Source: Takakia lepidozioides (lineage: Eukaryota; Plantae; Bryophyta). From it: a DNA stretch of 64,000 bases. Every line of letters begins with the position of its first letter. Positions within the stretch are counted from its first letter, which is position 1. Both the position numbers and the translations under genes were made by a program. The notes beneath the pieces were generated by a model, which did not search any database, was not told the DNA's origin, and saw nothing but the letters and a program-made list of their open reading frames with translations. Location: assembly GCA_030704615.1 (NCBI GenBank), contig CM060732.1, positions 70,184,001 through 70,248,000 on the forward strand. Direction: 5' to 3'. Below, piece after piece: positions 22,961 to 35,326 of this stretch.

Positions 22961-25900
22961 TACGACTACCTCCTCTGCTAAATGTCATTCACATACAAGA
23001 TTGTGTGGAACAGGTAACCTGTACCTAAAGCCTAGACCAGCACGTCTGGGATGCATTGATTCTTTTGTGTGTTATGTTCCCCATGCTATCTGTCTGCAAA
23101 TTGGGCGTGGACGCGTTGTTGTGAGTGCCCTGGTTATGATTGTTTGCATGTGAAGTGCAGGTTCTTGTTTGATACCAGTACAGCTAGCATTGCTTTCACT
23201 GGATGCCTATTCTCCATATTATGGAGGAATGGAGAATATGGACAATTTTCGTCCCACTGTCTTTTGTTTACTTTGTGTCTACAGTTCCTAGGAGGTCCCT
23301 GTATGTCATTTATGTCATTATGACTTCCCATGTGAGGATCAGAAAAGTTCTCTATTGTCTGGCTAGGTTTTACCGCTCGTTTCTCAGTAGTTAGTCCTTC
23401 TTTGACATTAGAGTTCTGGCAGGAGTTGGTGGCCAACTTTACACCGAGCTCTATCTGCTTGTCAAAGTATATGGAGGAGAGCGAAGCGGGCCTATGTATT
23501 GTGTATTCAAGTTGCTTCTTTAATTCAGGTCTTGTAATTTTTCCATGTTGATTAGTATTTAGTCAAGTGAAAGCTACAAGATTTCTAGATGCTTTATCTG
23601 GTCCGGGACATCGTGCTAGAGCCCACTGAAAAGATTTTAAATACTGTATTGCACTTTACAAACAAAATCAATTCACTCCAGTTACTAAATGTAGCAGTGG
23701 CCTCTTGTTTGTTGAACTAATTATGTTAGATCTTAATTGGATTAAAACACATTTTTCGGTGCTATAGCTTTGGTTGGTCTGTCGTTAAAGCAGGGTAGTA
23801 CCCAGGACTGGCCAAGGGGCTTGCGCGTTGAAAACCTGGTAGATTAACATCCACCAGTTGAGAAAGGATACTTTTCTGTTAGCTCAATATAGGAATGTCA
23901 GTTCTTCTTTTCCTGCCACACTAGAGCAGTCTACAGTCTGTCTTCAGATCATCACTGTTGTTTTGAGGTGCCTCCTAGATTTGCTTAGAAATTTTGACTT
24001 GATTTGTGTGTAGGACACACCTTAAAACTCTTCACTAATACTGAACCCATCTCTCTTACCATGCAATTGTCAAGCCTAGATTCTGTACCCAAGGGCTATC
24101 GCTCGGTCCTCTGCGGGTATCCCTTGTTTGTGGGGGAGTATGTAGAGCTTGTCAGAGGAATAGCACATTCTCAGGACCATATTACACTATTAATCCACCA
24201 CATTCCCACTTGCACATCCAGTAAACAGAAAATATAGAGGACCAAGAGCCCAAGCCTCCAATGTCTATGCTATAACCTAATCTTCTGGAAGGTTAAGTCT
24301 CAACTCTCAATCACACTCACAAGCAGGATGGCATATTATTATGCATATTCTCCAAATATCCAGAGAATATGCTCCAGTGAAATTGCAATGTGCTTGCGCA
24401 AGAAAAATTGTGAAACTAGAGAGATTTTTGCTCATGTGTGTGAAACTTTTTCAAGACTCTGAGTTTTACGCGATTAAGGAGCTTTAGTAGACTTCTTTGC
24501 ATGAGATTCCATCCACAAAAACATCTAGGAAAGAGCCATAAACTCAAATAGCTTTGAATGAAAATACAAAAATATTGTTTCATTGACTAAACAAGTTGTA
24601 GTTAGGTCTGTGTTTAGTAGAATGGTAAACCATGCCAAGTAAATAATGATGTAGTTGGCAGAAAAAGATTTTCAATGGCTATCATTGATACTTGGAGGAA
24701 TTATTGTCAGGAAAAGAGTTTCCTGATGAAACTCTCTGTAACTGTACAGAATTGTCCAACCTTGTGTCCGTTGGCATCCTCCATCATTGCCGACAAATCC
24801 TCTCTATGCTAAACCTATGTGGCTCCCATTTTGCCAAAGTTCAAACCCTCTACCCCCTGAATTGCGCTAACATGACCATTTTTCCCTGATGCTCACGTGA
24901 TACCAACCTCCACAAAATATAAGCTAGCTTCTTCCCACTTTGTCTATATCCCAGCAATAACATGTACATTCATTCAAGGAAAATCATTATCGCACAGGAC
25001 TCGTTGCTTCCGCACAAAAGTCCCAACTGAAAATGTGCCACTTTTGAATCACCATACTCAAGAGGTTCAATCCAACAAAACCTCCTCCTTAGTTAGACTT
25101 CCACAAATAACACATTCAATCTCAGTTTACTATAATGAGACAGACTCTCGACAAAGGTAGTATAAACTGAAAGTGCATTAATTTGTCACTATCGCATGAG
25201 ACAGTCGTTTATACATGACATAAAAGCAAGACAAGTATCATTTTCAAAGTTCGGTAGTGTGAGCAAGCTCAAGTGAGCAAAAACACCTATTTAAGGAACA
25301 TCCAGAGAATATTTGCTGACTAGTTTTCCCTTTACTAAGTCGGTCCCAAATGTTACTTCTATTTTCATTCATTGAAGCCTACCCCACAGTGTCCATGTGG
25401 CGAAAATAACGATGTCAAGGTGTAAAAAGTGGCTATATGACATGTGGAACATTTTTAATGGGTCCAGAGTCTCAAATTAGTTTGTGTTAGTTTAGTATGG
25501 TGAGGGTTACTAGCAAATCATTGTATGCTTGCGCTTCATTTAAATGGTCTTGGATGCACAAGACAAGTTTTGGACACGTTAAACATAATGATTAATATTT
25601 AAGGATGCTAGGTTTTTTAAGTTGGATAAAAAGAGAGATGACTCCGGCCAAGAAAAGAGCCACCTCAACTTACGGCTACTTGGATGAAAACAAGCATATA
25701 TCATCACCAACCACCATTGGACATGGATGATGCAAGATGAAATGCCATTAATATCTAACGTCAAGTGTGTGTATACAAGGTTGGGTCATAATGATAACCA
25801 AAAAAAAAAAAAAAAAAAAAAACCTTATACATGTATTTTGAATCCTGCCTATTATGAGTGTTATCTACATACTTGGATAACCGGCTCTAAGTAGTCATCC

Positions 25901-27169
25901 TATTAGGAAGATTATTTGGGTCTTTGGAAGACAATCTTGAAGAGCCCTTTGGAGGAGAATTGGAGGGTCATTAGAGAATTGTTTGAGGAGTATTTCAATG
26001 ATAGTTTTTGTAGTCATTTGAGTGATTATAGAGGTACGGGGAAGGTAATACGGGATGAGAAAACCGATGTTGGGTTAGATGAGGTTAGCTCTTCTCCTCC
26101 ATAGTCTTCTACACTCATAGTAGGTCAAAGTTTTTCCACAGGTAGAGACAAAGTCAGTCCATCATGATTGGAGTAATTAGCGCATTAGCACCACCACACA
26201 AATTTAGTTTTCCTTCGCTATTAACAAATCAACAAACAACAACATCCGTTGTACAAATTTGAGGCCAATTTATCACTTCAACGATTCTAACATTAAGAGT
26301 GAGGAATATTATAAGATCAACGTTACAAAAAAAGTTTGATTTGGGTGTGGGAGAGAGTCAATGTGCTTCATTCCAATTACATGTTTATGTATGTCTTTGA
26401 CTATGCATCATGTTAGTTTTATGTGGGCGCTTGTTTTTACAAGAGATTGGTTTGGATTTGATCATTGGCCAATCTTAGAGCGTGTTGTCAATAGTGAGGT
26501 AGGGTATTGATCAACGCACCACCAATATTTCTCCTATGGTGAGGGAGCTAGTAGGTTGATGACCAATAGACCATAGTTGTTGCAAATGTTTGATTTACAA
26601 TCTTCGCGCGGATCACCACAGAGTAATCTATATACTGTGTGTGCAATTACAGACTAGAGAGTGGCTGCGAGAAGCCTGCTACCGTTAATAATAGGGGCTC
26701 CATATATACCTCGCCGCAGCCAGCAAGGCTTTCTTGGTCGTCAAGATGTCAGTAGGAATGAAAGGTCCATGAATGGTGTTAATGTGCAAGAAGATGAGAT
26801 GAGACCTCGTGGCCGGGTGGTTAGTAAGAAGCACAAGCTCGTCAATGGAAACGGGTGTTTGCAAATGGATGTAGATATTGGTGTAGATGCAGGTTTGATA
26901 TTTGATATTATAGGCCATAAACCGCAACAAATTCTCTATTTGGTTATTGTGTGGAAAAAATGTTGGAGACTCGCTGACAACTGATTTGGTTGAGAGATTT
27001 CAACATGGAGTTGTCAAAATCTTCGGAAACTTTTAGGTATTTCTACAAACAACACAAATGTTAGTGGGTTTATAAGACAAGATATTTAGCTTAAACCAGA
27101 ATCATAGTGCACCTTTATATGATTTAGAGTTGTTTGACGCAATTCCGTGTATGTATGAAGATCATCCAA

Positions 27170-27240
27170 TAGATGGCCTAGTGATTAGGACACAATGATC
27201 TTGTCTTACAAGTGGTCGTGAGTTCAAAGCCACTAGTTAG
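27170..27240 (+). mobile_element. Degenerate tRNA-derived (SINE-like) sequence
   Basis: A-box-like TGGCCTAGTGATTAGG followed at tRNA-like spacing by B-box-like GAGTTCAAAGCC. No convincing cloverleaf. Confidence 0.45.
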
Positions 27241-29195
27241 ATATAACACAGCTATAAAAAAGAGGTCGTTTGGTCAACCAATTACTTAATGTGTGGGTAT
27301 ATGGGATTTTTGAGTCTTTGGGGGAGCCATGTTGCCCTGGTTACGACTATTAGAAGGTGTTCACCTTCCAAACAAAAGACAATAGACCTTCGAGGTGAAA
27401 TGACACCATAATTTATGTTTGTTTCGGCAAAAGTATTTTTCTATATCGAGAGAGATGCAATATTTTTTTTCATTTGTTATGGGATTCCATGGAAGAGATG
27501 TATGAGGCTACAAAAATATCCCGCAAGTACTCCGGAGTTGTGGGTATCATTGAGTTCGATGATTTTTTTAAAGTTTAACAGTGATACGACTTGCAACAAA
27601 ATTTGAGTCACACACAATTATTGTTTACACCATGCACTGTGTTGTGGAAGGGATTGTTTCAGGATTTCGAGTATCACCAATGAATGATTATAATCATAAG
27701 TATTGGCGGGGATGCAAATTGAGAAACGGATGACATTGTATTATTTACCCAACTAGATCTCTAATATTCAGACATGGTAGCACCAGAGCATTAGCAACTT
27801 TTGTAAACTTCTCCATTCTCATCATGTGGTAGAAGTTCAAATGGTTCCAACTCCATAACCACTTGTACTACTTGTTCTACTCAGAGCTTGTAAGAATTTC
27901 AACATAGCCTAATGAGAATGTAAGGGAATGAGTTCATACTATGTGCGTATGATAGATGTAACCCAGTGTATGGGAGTTCCGAGATCAGTTTCAATTCTGC
28001 TATGGGATATTAGATAGTAAGCTCAAAACAAGGATGTGGGATGCAACTTGGTTACAAGCGATCCAACCTACTCCGACAAATGTGTTTTTGTTGATAGAGC
28101 AGATAGAAAGATCAATATGATGGAAGAACAAGTCGTGACTACAAGGTTTGGTAAAGAGATCCAACACAACATTGTTGATAGTCAGCAATCACAACCTTCT
28201 CATAAACCTCTTAAGCTTTTTGTCCAACATTCCATATCAAAAATTGAATTGCAGTATGAACTCCCAACACCTCATATGAGTGTACACTATACACCTCCGG
28301 CCTCAAATTCTCATTGGGCTTGTGTTAGAACTCAAACTTTACCCCCTAGGAATTTCTCCACTGTGACAACTCACGAAAGAATTCCACAATCAGGTTGAAC
28401 GTTAGTACATCAAATACTGATTGTAACGGAAGCTTGGTTGGTTTTAGCTCTAGAACCATCAATACCATTTGTTTCATTGTTGGTTGTAGAAGCTACTAGT
28501 GTTGTTGCTAATACCATGCCATAAGTATTGGAGGTGTAATTGAATGACCAATACACCTTACATTCTTTAATCCGCTGGGATGCCCAACGCTGCGACGCCA
28601 GGGGGTCGCAACGGGAGAGAGATGAAATTTTCATACTTGCAAGAAACGGCTGTAAAGCCTGCCCTTGGCAGCTTTTGTAGGCAAGTGTCTTTGCACACTC
28701 AATGACCACCACCACAGTTGTGAACAACTCCCAAAAAAAAAAAAATTCCAGCAAAAAGAATGTAGCGGAGAGCCACTAAAAGAGACCAAGAAAAAGCCAA
28801 CTCATCTAAAAAAAGTAGCAGCAATCTACTAAAAGAATCCAAGAAAAAACCAACTCCTCTCTAAAAGCAGCAGCAATCCAGCCTGTTTGGCCCTCTGCCT
28901 GGGAGCTTGACACTGCCATTGAAATTGTTCTTCAATTCAAGTGGGTCACCAACATCAGTCCTCTGGATATGATGTCTACAATATCTGTGTCAATCAAGCC
29001 ATTGAGCTTGTACATGTGAAGTCAGGTCGTCGCACTTGCAATAAAAGGACAAAGTTTCTTGTCCACAATATAGGTTTCTTGTGGATAACTTTGCAACAAG
29101 TGGTCGCACTTGGGTTATATCACTTGGATTTCAAGTTCAAAGTGTACGTCGTCAGTTGTTTCCTTTTGCTTCTTATCTCGTCAAACGTAGCAAGC

Positions 29196-29447
29196 ATGGC
29201 TAATGTTTGAGATCTAGGCAATATCATGAGGTTTTCAGGACAAAACTTCCATATGTGGCAGTTTCAGATGAAAGCTCTCTTTATTGGAAAGGAGCTGATG
29301 GACATAGTTGATGGCACCACAACGTGACCTTCTAGTTATGCCGAGGGTTTAGCTGCTTGGATCAAGAAAGATAATCAGGCAGTCTTTCTTTTGTGCCAAG
29401 CCGTGGAGGAGAAGGTATCCAAGTATATCATGGGATGCAAGACCTCC
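29196..29447 (+). mobile_element. Ty1/Copia gag N-terminal remnant
   Basis: MANV*DLGNIMRFSGQNFHMWQFQMKALFIGKELMDIVDGTTT*PSSYAEGLAAWIKKDNQAVFLLCQAVEEKVSKYIMGCKTS matches the Copia gag DUF4219/UBN2 pattern. Two in-frame TGA stops. Confidence 0.8.
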
Positions 29448-29449
29448 AG

Positions 29450-29930
29450 AATACACCTTTTGATCTCAGTCCAGACAAGAAAGTGGTCAGAAATATCAAT
29501 TCTATCAACCATCACTTTGCACACTGGGGGGAACAACTCCTTATCCACTATGAGAAATCCGCAATGTACTATTCCCCAATTTGAGTTTTTTCACGAGTCC
29601 ACTGCAAAGTGTCTTCTGTGGACCTATTGTTCAAGGTCAGAAGCTGAAGTTATACCTGCGAATTGATAAGTCTATCCATTGGAATTATGCTCCTCAACAA
29701 AAAGCCCTATGGCATCGTCTTGTTGTAGATCCTTGCCTACCCGGCCATTAAAGTCGACATGACCACATGGTCTTTGGTGAGGAATTTACCACAGTCCAGC
29801 TCGACTTCTTCGAAGGCTTTCTCTGCGTCAACGCTAAGGGTTCCCTTAGTAGGCATGTAGACACAACCCACAAGGAGGTCCTTAGCCCTCATACCGCCCT
29901 TCCATTTTAGGTGACTCCTCAAAGTGCTGA
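29450..29930 (-). mobile_element. LINE (non-LTR) APE-endonuclease remnant
   Basis: Minus strand gives LLVGCVYMP, frameshifted DFNGRVG and ISDHFLVW, the conserved YxP, GDFN and SDH motifs of LINE endonucleases. Confidence 0.75.
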
Positions 29931-30790
29931 AACAATCCATTCTACTATATGAATGATGTGAGCAGCTGTGCGTGGCATATTTGTTGCAAATCGTACCAAT
30001 TGTCGAACTTCTAAACAAAATCATCCAATTCTATGGTCACAATTTTGAAGTATCGATGGGATCTTTTCATAGCACTATATGTATCTCGTTCATGGTGTTC
30101 CACAACAATGACAAAAAAACATGCATTGTGCACACCACCTCTTGGCACAAACATCGAGTCTATCTTAGACTCTGAATCAGATGAAGATGGAGGAGGTAAA
30201 GATGGTCTACGTCACCCCGTGCCTTATAAACCTTGTGATAGTTATACTTTTTGTAAAAACAACACTTTGGAAAGTAAAATAAAGTTTGTTTAACATCCAG
30301 TGAATTTACAGAGCCTACTGCTCAACATACAAACATTATGATAACTTTATGGTGAAACCTCTCAACCAAATCAATTGTCAAACCAATCTCTAACTTTTTT
30401 TTTCACACTGTAACCGAATAGAGAACCTATTGGGGCTTATGGCTTATAATGCTAGGTATCGAACCTACACCTACATCCACTACAAACATTCTAGTTATGG
30501 TCTGTTAGTTATCATCCATCCTCATCACCATCAACATGCTCTAGAATTGGCCAATGATCATATCCGAACCCACCTATGATAAAAACAAGCGGCAACACAA
30601 AATTGACGTAAGCCCTATTCTTATAGCTTTATGGGGCAGGTTATAGAGCAGAATTGGGGGTATTATTAGGGCGTCAAACGTGAGCCCCCCCCGGGCAGGA
30701 GCTTACACGTAAGAACCCTGCAACGTGGGGAAAAATGTGTAACGCTCATCTAGCCGTTGGATCTATGGCTTTCCATCGGGCTTTACGCAG

Positions 30791-30941
30791 GGTGAGGCAA
30801 TATCCCGACGGGCTTCCAGTACCGAGGTCCTATAATACGTGGGTAAGGCATTATCCCGCGGGGCTTCCAGTATAATCCTTGGGCTCCGCCCACGTATTAT
30901 AGGACCTCGGTACTGGAAGCCCCTCCGGATAATGCCTCACC
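30791..30941. repeat. Inverted repeat / foldback with ~53-bp arms
   Basis: 30791-30843 (GGTGAGGCAATATCC...GGGCTTCCAGTACCGAGGTCCTATAATACGTGGG) pairs with 30889-30941. The spacer holds a partial direct copy of the arm. Confidence 0.85.
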
Positions 30942-31083
30942 TTGTACAAAATGCATGGTCAAGCATGTGGGTACCGAAGAAATACAAACCCAACTAAAAA
31001 GAAGCATGCCTCTCTCCCACTAAAAAGTAGGGAAGATAAGTTGGAGCAGAAATTTTACAAAGGAGTGGAAAGTTGCTTTCCAA

Positions 31084-31445
31084 TAGAGTTATCCGTAAAG
31101 TGAGCCTGGGTTTGGTACCCTGTTTGGACCCGAGTTACGGGTTTCATCCTGAGTTTGAGTTAATCCGTAAAGTGCAGAAAACTGAGCACGAAGTCAGAAA
31201 AGAGGGCACCAAATCATAAACTGGGGATGAGGGCAACCGCTACTATGGCGCGAGCTCGTGAGCTCTGACCGACTAACAAAACTCGGCACCAAACTCCTTT
31301 CACCCCCATTTTCCTAGTCCTGGCAGTTTGGTCCCGTGTTTTTTTCTAGTCGTACCGCTTGATCCTGAGATTCGAGTTTCATACCGAGTTTTGGCCAAAC
31401 TCAGGGTTCTCATGCCGAGTTTGGGACCCTTTCCGGATAACTCTA
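31084..31445. mobile_element. MITE-like non-autonomous DNA transposon
   Basis: Terminal inverted repeats TAGAGTTATCCG...CGGATAACTCTA, consistent with a TA or AAT target-site duplication. Internal CCGAGTT repeats, no coding capacity. Confidence 0.7.
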
Positions 31446-32846
31446 ATAGTCGAAAAATTGTGGGTCCTGGAGCAAGGCGGGGAGCTCAAATTTCAGGAAG
31501 ACTAATGAGAGGGAACTTTCCACTATCAGAAATGGCGGTCATGATAGTTGGCTCATCAACAGAAGTATAGGAGATCAAAGCTTTTATGGGAGATCTCTAT
31601 GTTAGAGACACAGAAAGGTGGTAGGATTCATGACACATTTCAATGCATTTTCCCTGGAGTCCACATGTGTATGCTGGAAGCCATTGCAACTTGACACAAT
31701 TGCTGACCAATTGAGGGCAATCGAGCAAGTTTTCATGTCTATGAACTTAATAGGACCTAGAAGGAATTGTTGGATACAAGTTACAACCGGGGTGTTAGTC
31801 TTTCAGCTAAGGCAAATGGGCCCCCACTTAATACGAGGGTCACATGGTCATGTGTGTTTTTGTCTCGAGGCTAAGAAACTACTATGAACCATGTTTCTCT
31901 TCAAAGGGACCAAATGCAAGTCTCCGATGTCTAATGCACCAATGGTTTCTGCATATAGTACTGCCACCTTCAAGAATACAACCTCAAAGGTTGAAGCACG
32001 AGATTACTGGCAGCTTTGTGACTTCAGTGAAGACAGTCTCAGAGTGGGGCTTTGACTCAATTCCTCAATCCCAATTGTAAGTGATAATAAACCTCCAACT
32101 GGCTCAGCTTGCAGGGCATTTGTCAGATGCTTTCACTCCCACCTGAAGCTGTCCAGGCACATCAAGCACTCTTGTATGGAGACACGCATATTCAGAGCAG
32201 TAAAAGAGGGGAGGGAGGGTGTGGTTACTCGTAGGCACTGATGTACCACTGTATGCAAGGTGTGCATCACCAATGTTGGTGTAGCCATTTCCTTTGTTCT
32301 GACAAGATGGTGAAATCCTGATCTTCCCATGGTGCACTTCTGAGTAGATGATGCCTTCATAAACTGACAGAAAACAAATACCAAGAGCAAAGTAAGCCCT
32401 ACAATCCACATTCGTGCGATGTGGTGACCGGAGAAAGGCACCTGACACTTGGAATCTGACTATCTGCCTTGCAGTTCAGCTAACAATCAGTGCTCCAGAG
32501 ATGTGAATGATGACAGTAGGTGGGCACAAAAGCTGAGGAGCCTCCTTGTCCCTTCTGTGTCTATCCTACCAAAATAAAAGGGTCCAATATGGGTTTGGGC
32601 AACCTTGTTTTCCCTGGTTAACTTGTGGAGAAGTAGGTGGGAACATATGCCCTGACCCTCCTGCATGCAACTGAAATTTCAGTATGGCTTCACTCAATCC
32701 TACAAACTCCATTCCGACTACCTGAACGTTCCAATCAAAGAGAGTCAAGACAAGTATCCACAAGGATTGAAAAGAACTCACTGGCTACAGATGCAGAGAT
32801 CCCCTCTTCCCTTGCAACTAAAGAAGAAAGAGATCATGAGAGAAGG

Positions 32847-34169
32847 CTACAGGAGAACAAGGCCCAGTTCCACAGGTTTGAGAGGGGCCCGGAGGGAGTA
32901 ATTATAGAGATAGTAGTGCAGGTGCCCATCTCCAGGCCCAAATTTCAGCTCCTTGAGAAATGTTTCATTGTGCATGATGTCCAATGCATTGAACACATCA
33001 TAGTCTTTCTGCTTTGCCATGATGAGGAGATCATTCATGAGTTGGAGTAAAGGGGTGGTTTTAGCCACATTGTAGTATGAATATGCCGCCTTCAGCAAAG
33101 AGTGCGTATCATTGCCAATGATGGTCGAAGGAAGTGTGTAGAAGCTGCAAAAATCGGTGACATCATGGCTCTCTGGGTGTTCGACCACATAGCTATTCAC
33201 CACATTTTCAATCGGCAGAAGCAAGTGCTCTACATCCTCCTCTGTGAAATGGGGTGCAACAGTAAACTGTGCAAGATACTGTTGAAGGAGCTGTGCCACG
33301 GCAGGGGCATCTCGTCTCTCCATCTCCCGAAACCCAGCAGTAACCGTCTCGTCAGGCAGGCGGTAAAGTTTGATTGTTCGACTCATGGTCATGCGGGCGG
33401 CCAGCCTTGAGAACCCTACGTCAATGAGCTTTTTAGGGTTGAGAGATCTGTGCCAGTACTGACATGTGGCTATAGGCGTGGGAAGCACCACCCCTGCTGT
33501 GTAGGCAGCCTGCCAAATGTTCTCCAAGTGCACACGCCTAGTAACTTCTTTGATCAATACGGGAGCGAGCCTCTTAGATCTAAGCTTCTTATGCACGCAT
33601 AGAAAGTTGATCTCTGCCATCAACACCACAGTGTCGTGGGCCCTTACACGCGCAGGCACCCCTGTAATGAAGGCCACAAGCTTCTTAGAAGCTTTTGCCC
33701 GCACGCCTATATGCCAGTTGGGAAAGTACCCTGGGGGCTTCAGGGCCCATCTTAGAAACTCGACAGAGTAATCAAACCGGAACATGTTGTCATCATCTTC
33801 AACGTAGTTATTGGTAAGCAGGGTGTACACCTCCTTCATGGATTTATCATCGGTGATATCACAAGTGCACCATTCGTAGTTCTTTGGCAGATTGAGAGGC
33901 TCCTGCCGCACCTCTGAAAGCTCTTGGGGTGGCTCGATGGGCCCTTCCAGAAATCCCCCCTGCTCCCTGTCATTGAATTGCCCTACCGGTTGCGTCTCCC
34001 AGAATTTATGCTTCTTCTCCAGCGTGAGTGCCCTCTGTGCCTTCTTACTCAGGCCTTCTGTCCCTCCTCGCCCCATTGACATCAACCCACGCGCCTCGCC
34101 ATCCCCTGAGACAGACTCCTCCGCATTCGAATCGGCAGATTTAACTGGCACTCCCTTGTTATCGGCCAT
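32847..34169 (-). CDS. NMT1: Glycylpeptide N-tetradecanoyltransferase (N-myristoyltransferase), single coding exon
   Basis: 440-aa ORF with HKFWETQPV, NYVEDDDNMFRFDYS, EINFLCVHKKLRSKRLAPVLIKEVTRR, KFGPGDGHLHYYLYNY and C-terminal GLVLL. Confidence 0.97.
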   Translation of the reverse strand: MADNKGVPVKSADSNAEESVSGDGEARGLMSMGRGGTEGLSKKAQRALTLEKKHKFWETQPVGQFNDREQGGFLEGPIEPPQELSEVRQEPLNLPKNYEWCTCDITDDKSMKEVYTLLTNNYVEDDDNMFRFDYSVEFLRWALKPPGYFPNWHIGVRAKASKKLVAFITGVPARVRAHDTVVLMAEINFLCVHKKLRSKRLAPVLIKEVTRRVHLENIWQAAYTAGVVLPTPIATCQYWHRSLNPKKLIDVGFSRLAARMTMSRTIKLYRLPDETVTAGFREMERRDAPAVAQLLQQYLAQFTVAPHFTEEDVEHLLLPIENVVNSYVVEHPESHDVTDFCSFYTLPSTIIGNDTHSLLKAAYSYYNVAKTTPLLQLMNDLLIMAKQKDYDVFNALDIMHNETFLKELKFGPGDGHLHYYLYNYSLRAPLKPVELGLVLL

Positions 34170-35122
34170 TGTGTCACGAATTTTGATGTCGAAATGAGAG
34201 ATTGATCCTCTACACTACGGTCAAAAAATTACTTCTCATATTACTCGAAGCCAAACCCTAACCTCAACAGACAGCCGCCTTTCCAGACAGGCCTTACAAG
34301 ACCGGAAAATAGAGAAGACGAAACGAAATGCGGCGCCCTCAGCATAGAAAATAAATCCCAAGCTTTCCAGGAGCGGAGACACAACCAGGGAAGAAGTAGA
34401 GCACAGTGCCGTCCCACGGTAAATAGGGCTCAAAAACCAGCGTTTCCAAAATCAGCAATCAGCCTACCAGAAACCCCGTATCCTCCTACATGCTGCAGAG
34501 ACAAGCCATCCGCATTTGGATCAGATTCAGAAAGACTCACAGCAAGAGACGATCCCATCAAACATTAAGTACGCAAAACTACTCAAATCTACCACACTCC
34601 TCGGAAAAGCGCTCCTCACGACCAGCCAACACCCTCGCCTTCACAAGCTTCTGCAACACAACGCTTCTCCTTCCTCCATTGCTGCCCGAACCCCCGGGCC
34701 ACCAATCAAAATTCTCACACTCCGCCCGAATGAAACGTTCACTTTTTTTGGATGAATGAAAAAACACGTTCAAAAGTCCGATGGAGTCTTTTACATAACG
34801 ACTAAAAATTACCAGCATTTTTTGTTTTTTTTGTTTTTTTTTTGTTTTTTGATAAACAGGGGGATTGTAGCCCTGACAAATTTATTGAAGAAGAGGTAAG
34901 GAAAAAATAACCTTACAGAGCCAGCATTATTACCACACACGTCGGCACGAGTCATTACTATATATATATATATATGATATGATATGATATATAAATATAA
35001 TAGATGATATAAATATAATATGAATATAAAGTATATTTCATTTTAATTGCGGAAATGTTTGTCTCTGTCTCTCTACATAGTACTAAATTGTTTTGCTGTT
35101 TTTGGTGGCTGCAGAATGAGTC

Positions 35123-35138
35123 AAACCCTAATTAGGGT
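35123..35138. promoter_or_regulatory. Telo-box (AAACCCTAA) upstream of MetRS, within palindrome ACCCTAATTAGGGT
   Basis: CAAACCCTAATTAGGGT ~200 bp upstream of the MetRS ATG. A second AAACCCTAA lies at ~34253 on the NMT1 side. Telo-boxes are typical of plant translation-machinery promoters. Confidence 0.55.
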
Positions 35139-35326
35139 CTCTTGCTCTCGGACCGAGCCCTGCTTTCCCCAACAAATGCTACAATCTCTTGACCTGGAAG
35201 CGAATGTGGATCTTGTAGAGTGGGATTTTTGCACTGTTCAAAATCAAGGACTTTTTCTGGAGATTTGGGAGTGGTTCGGTTCATGAAGTTCTGAAATCGT
35301 GGGCCAGCAGCGAAAGATTTGCTGCA

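Noticed and set aside
24720-24960. Possible additional LINE fragment on the minus strand
   Set aside because: Too degraded to identify any diagnostic motif by eye.
32104-32780. ORFs downstream of NMT1
   Set aside because: No recognisable motifs; most likely 3'UTR or intergenic.
32847-34169. Intronless NMT1 as a retrogene or horizontal transfer
   Set aside because: The protein is typically plant-like, and as I recall an uninterrupted NMT coding region also occurs in other plants, so it is not anomalous by itself.
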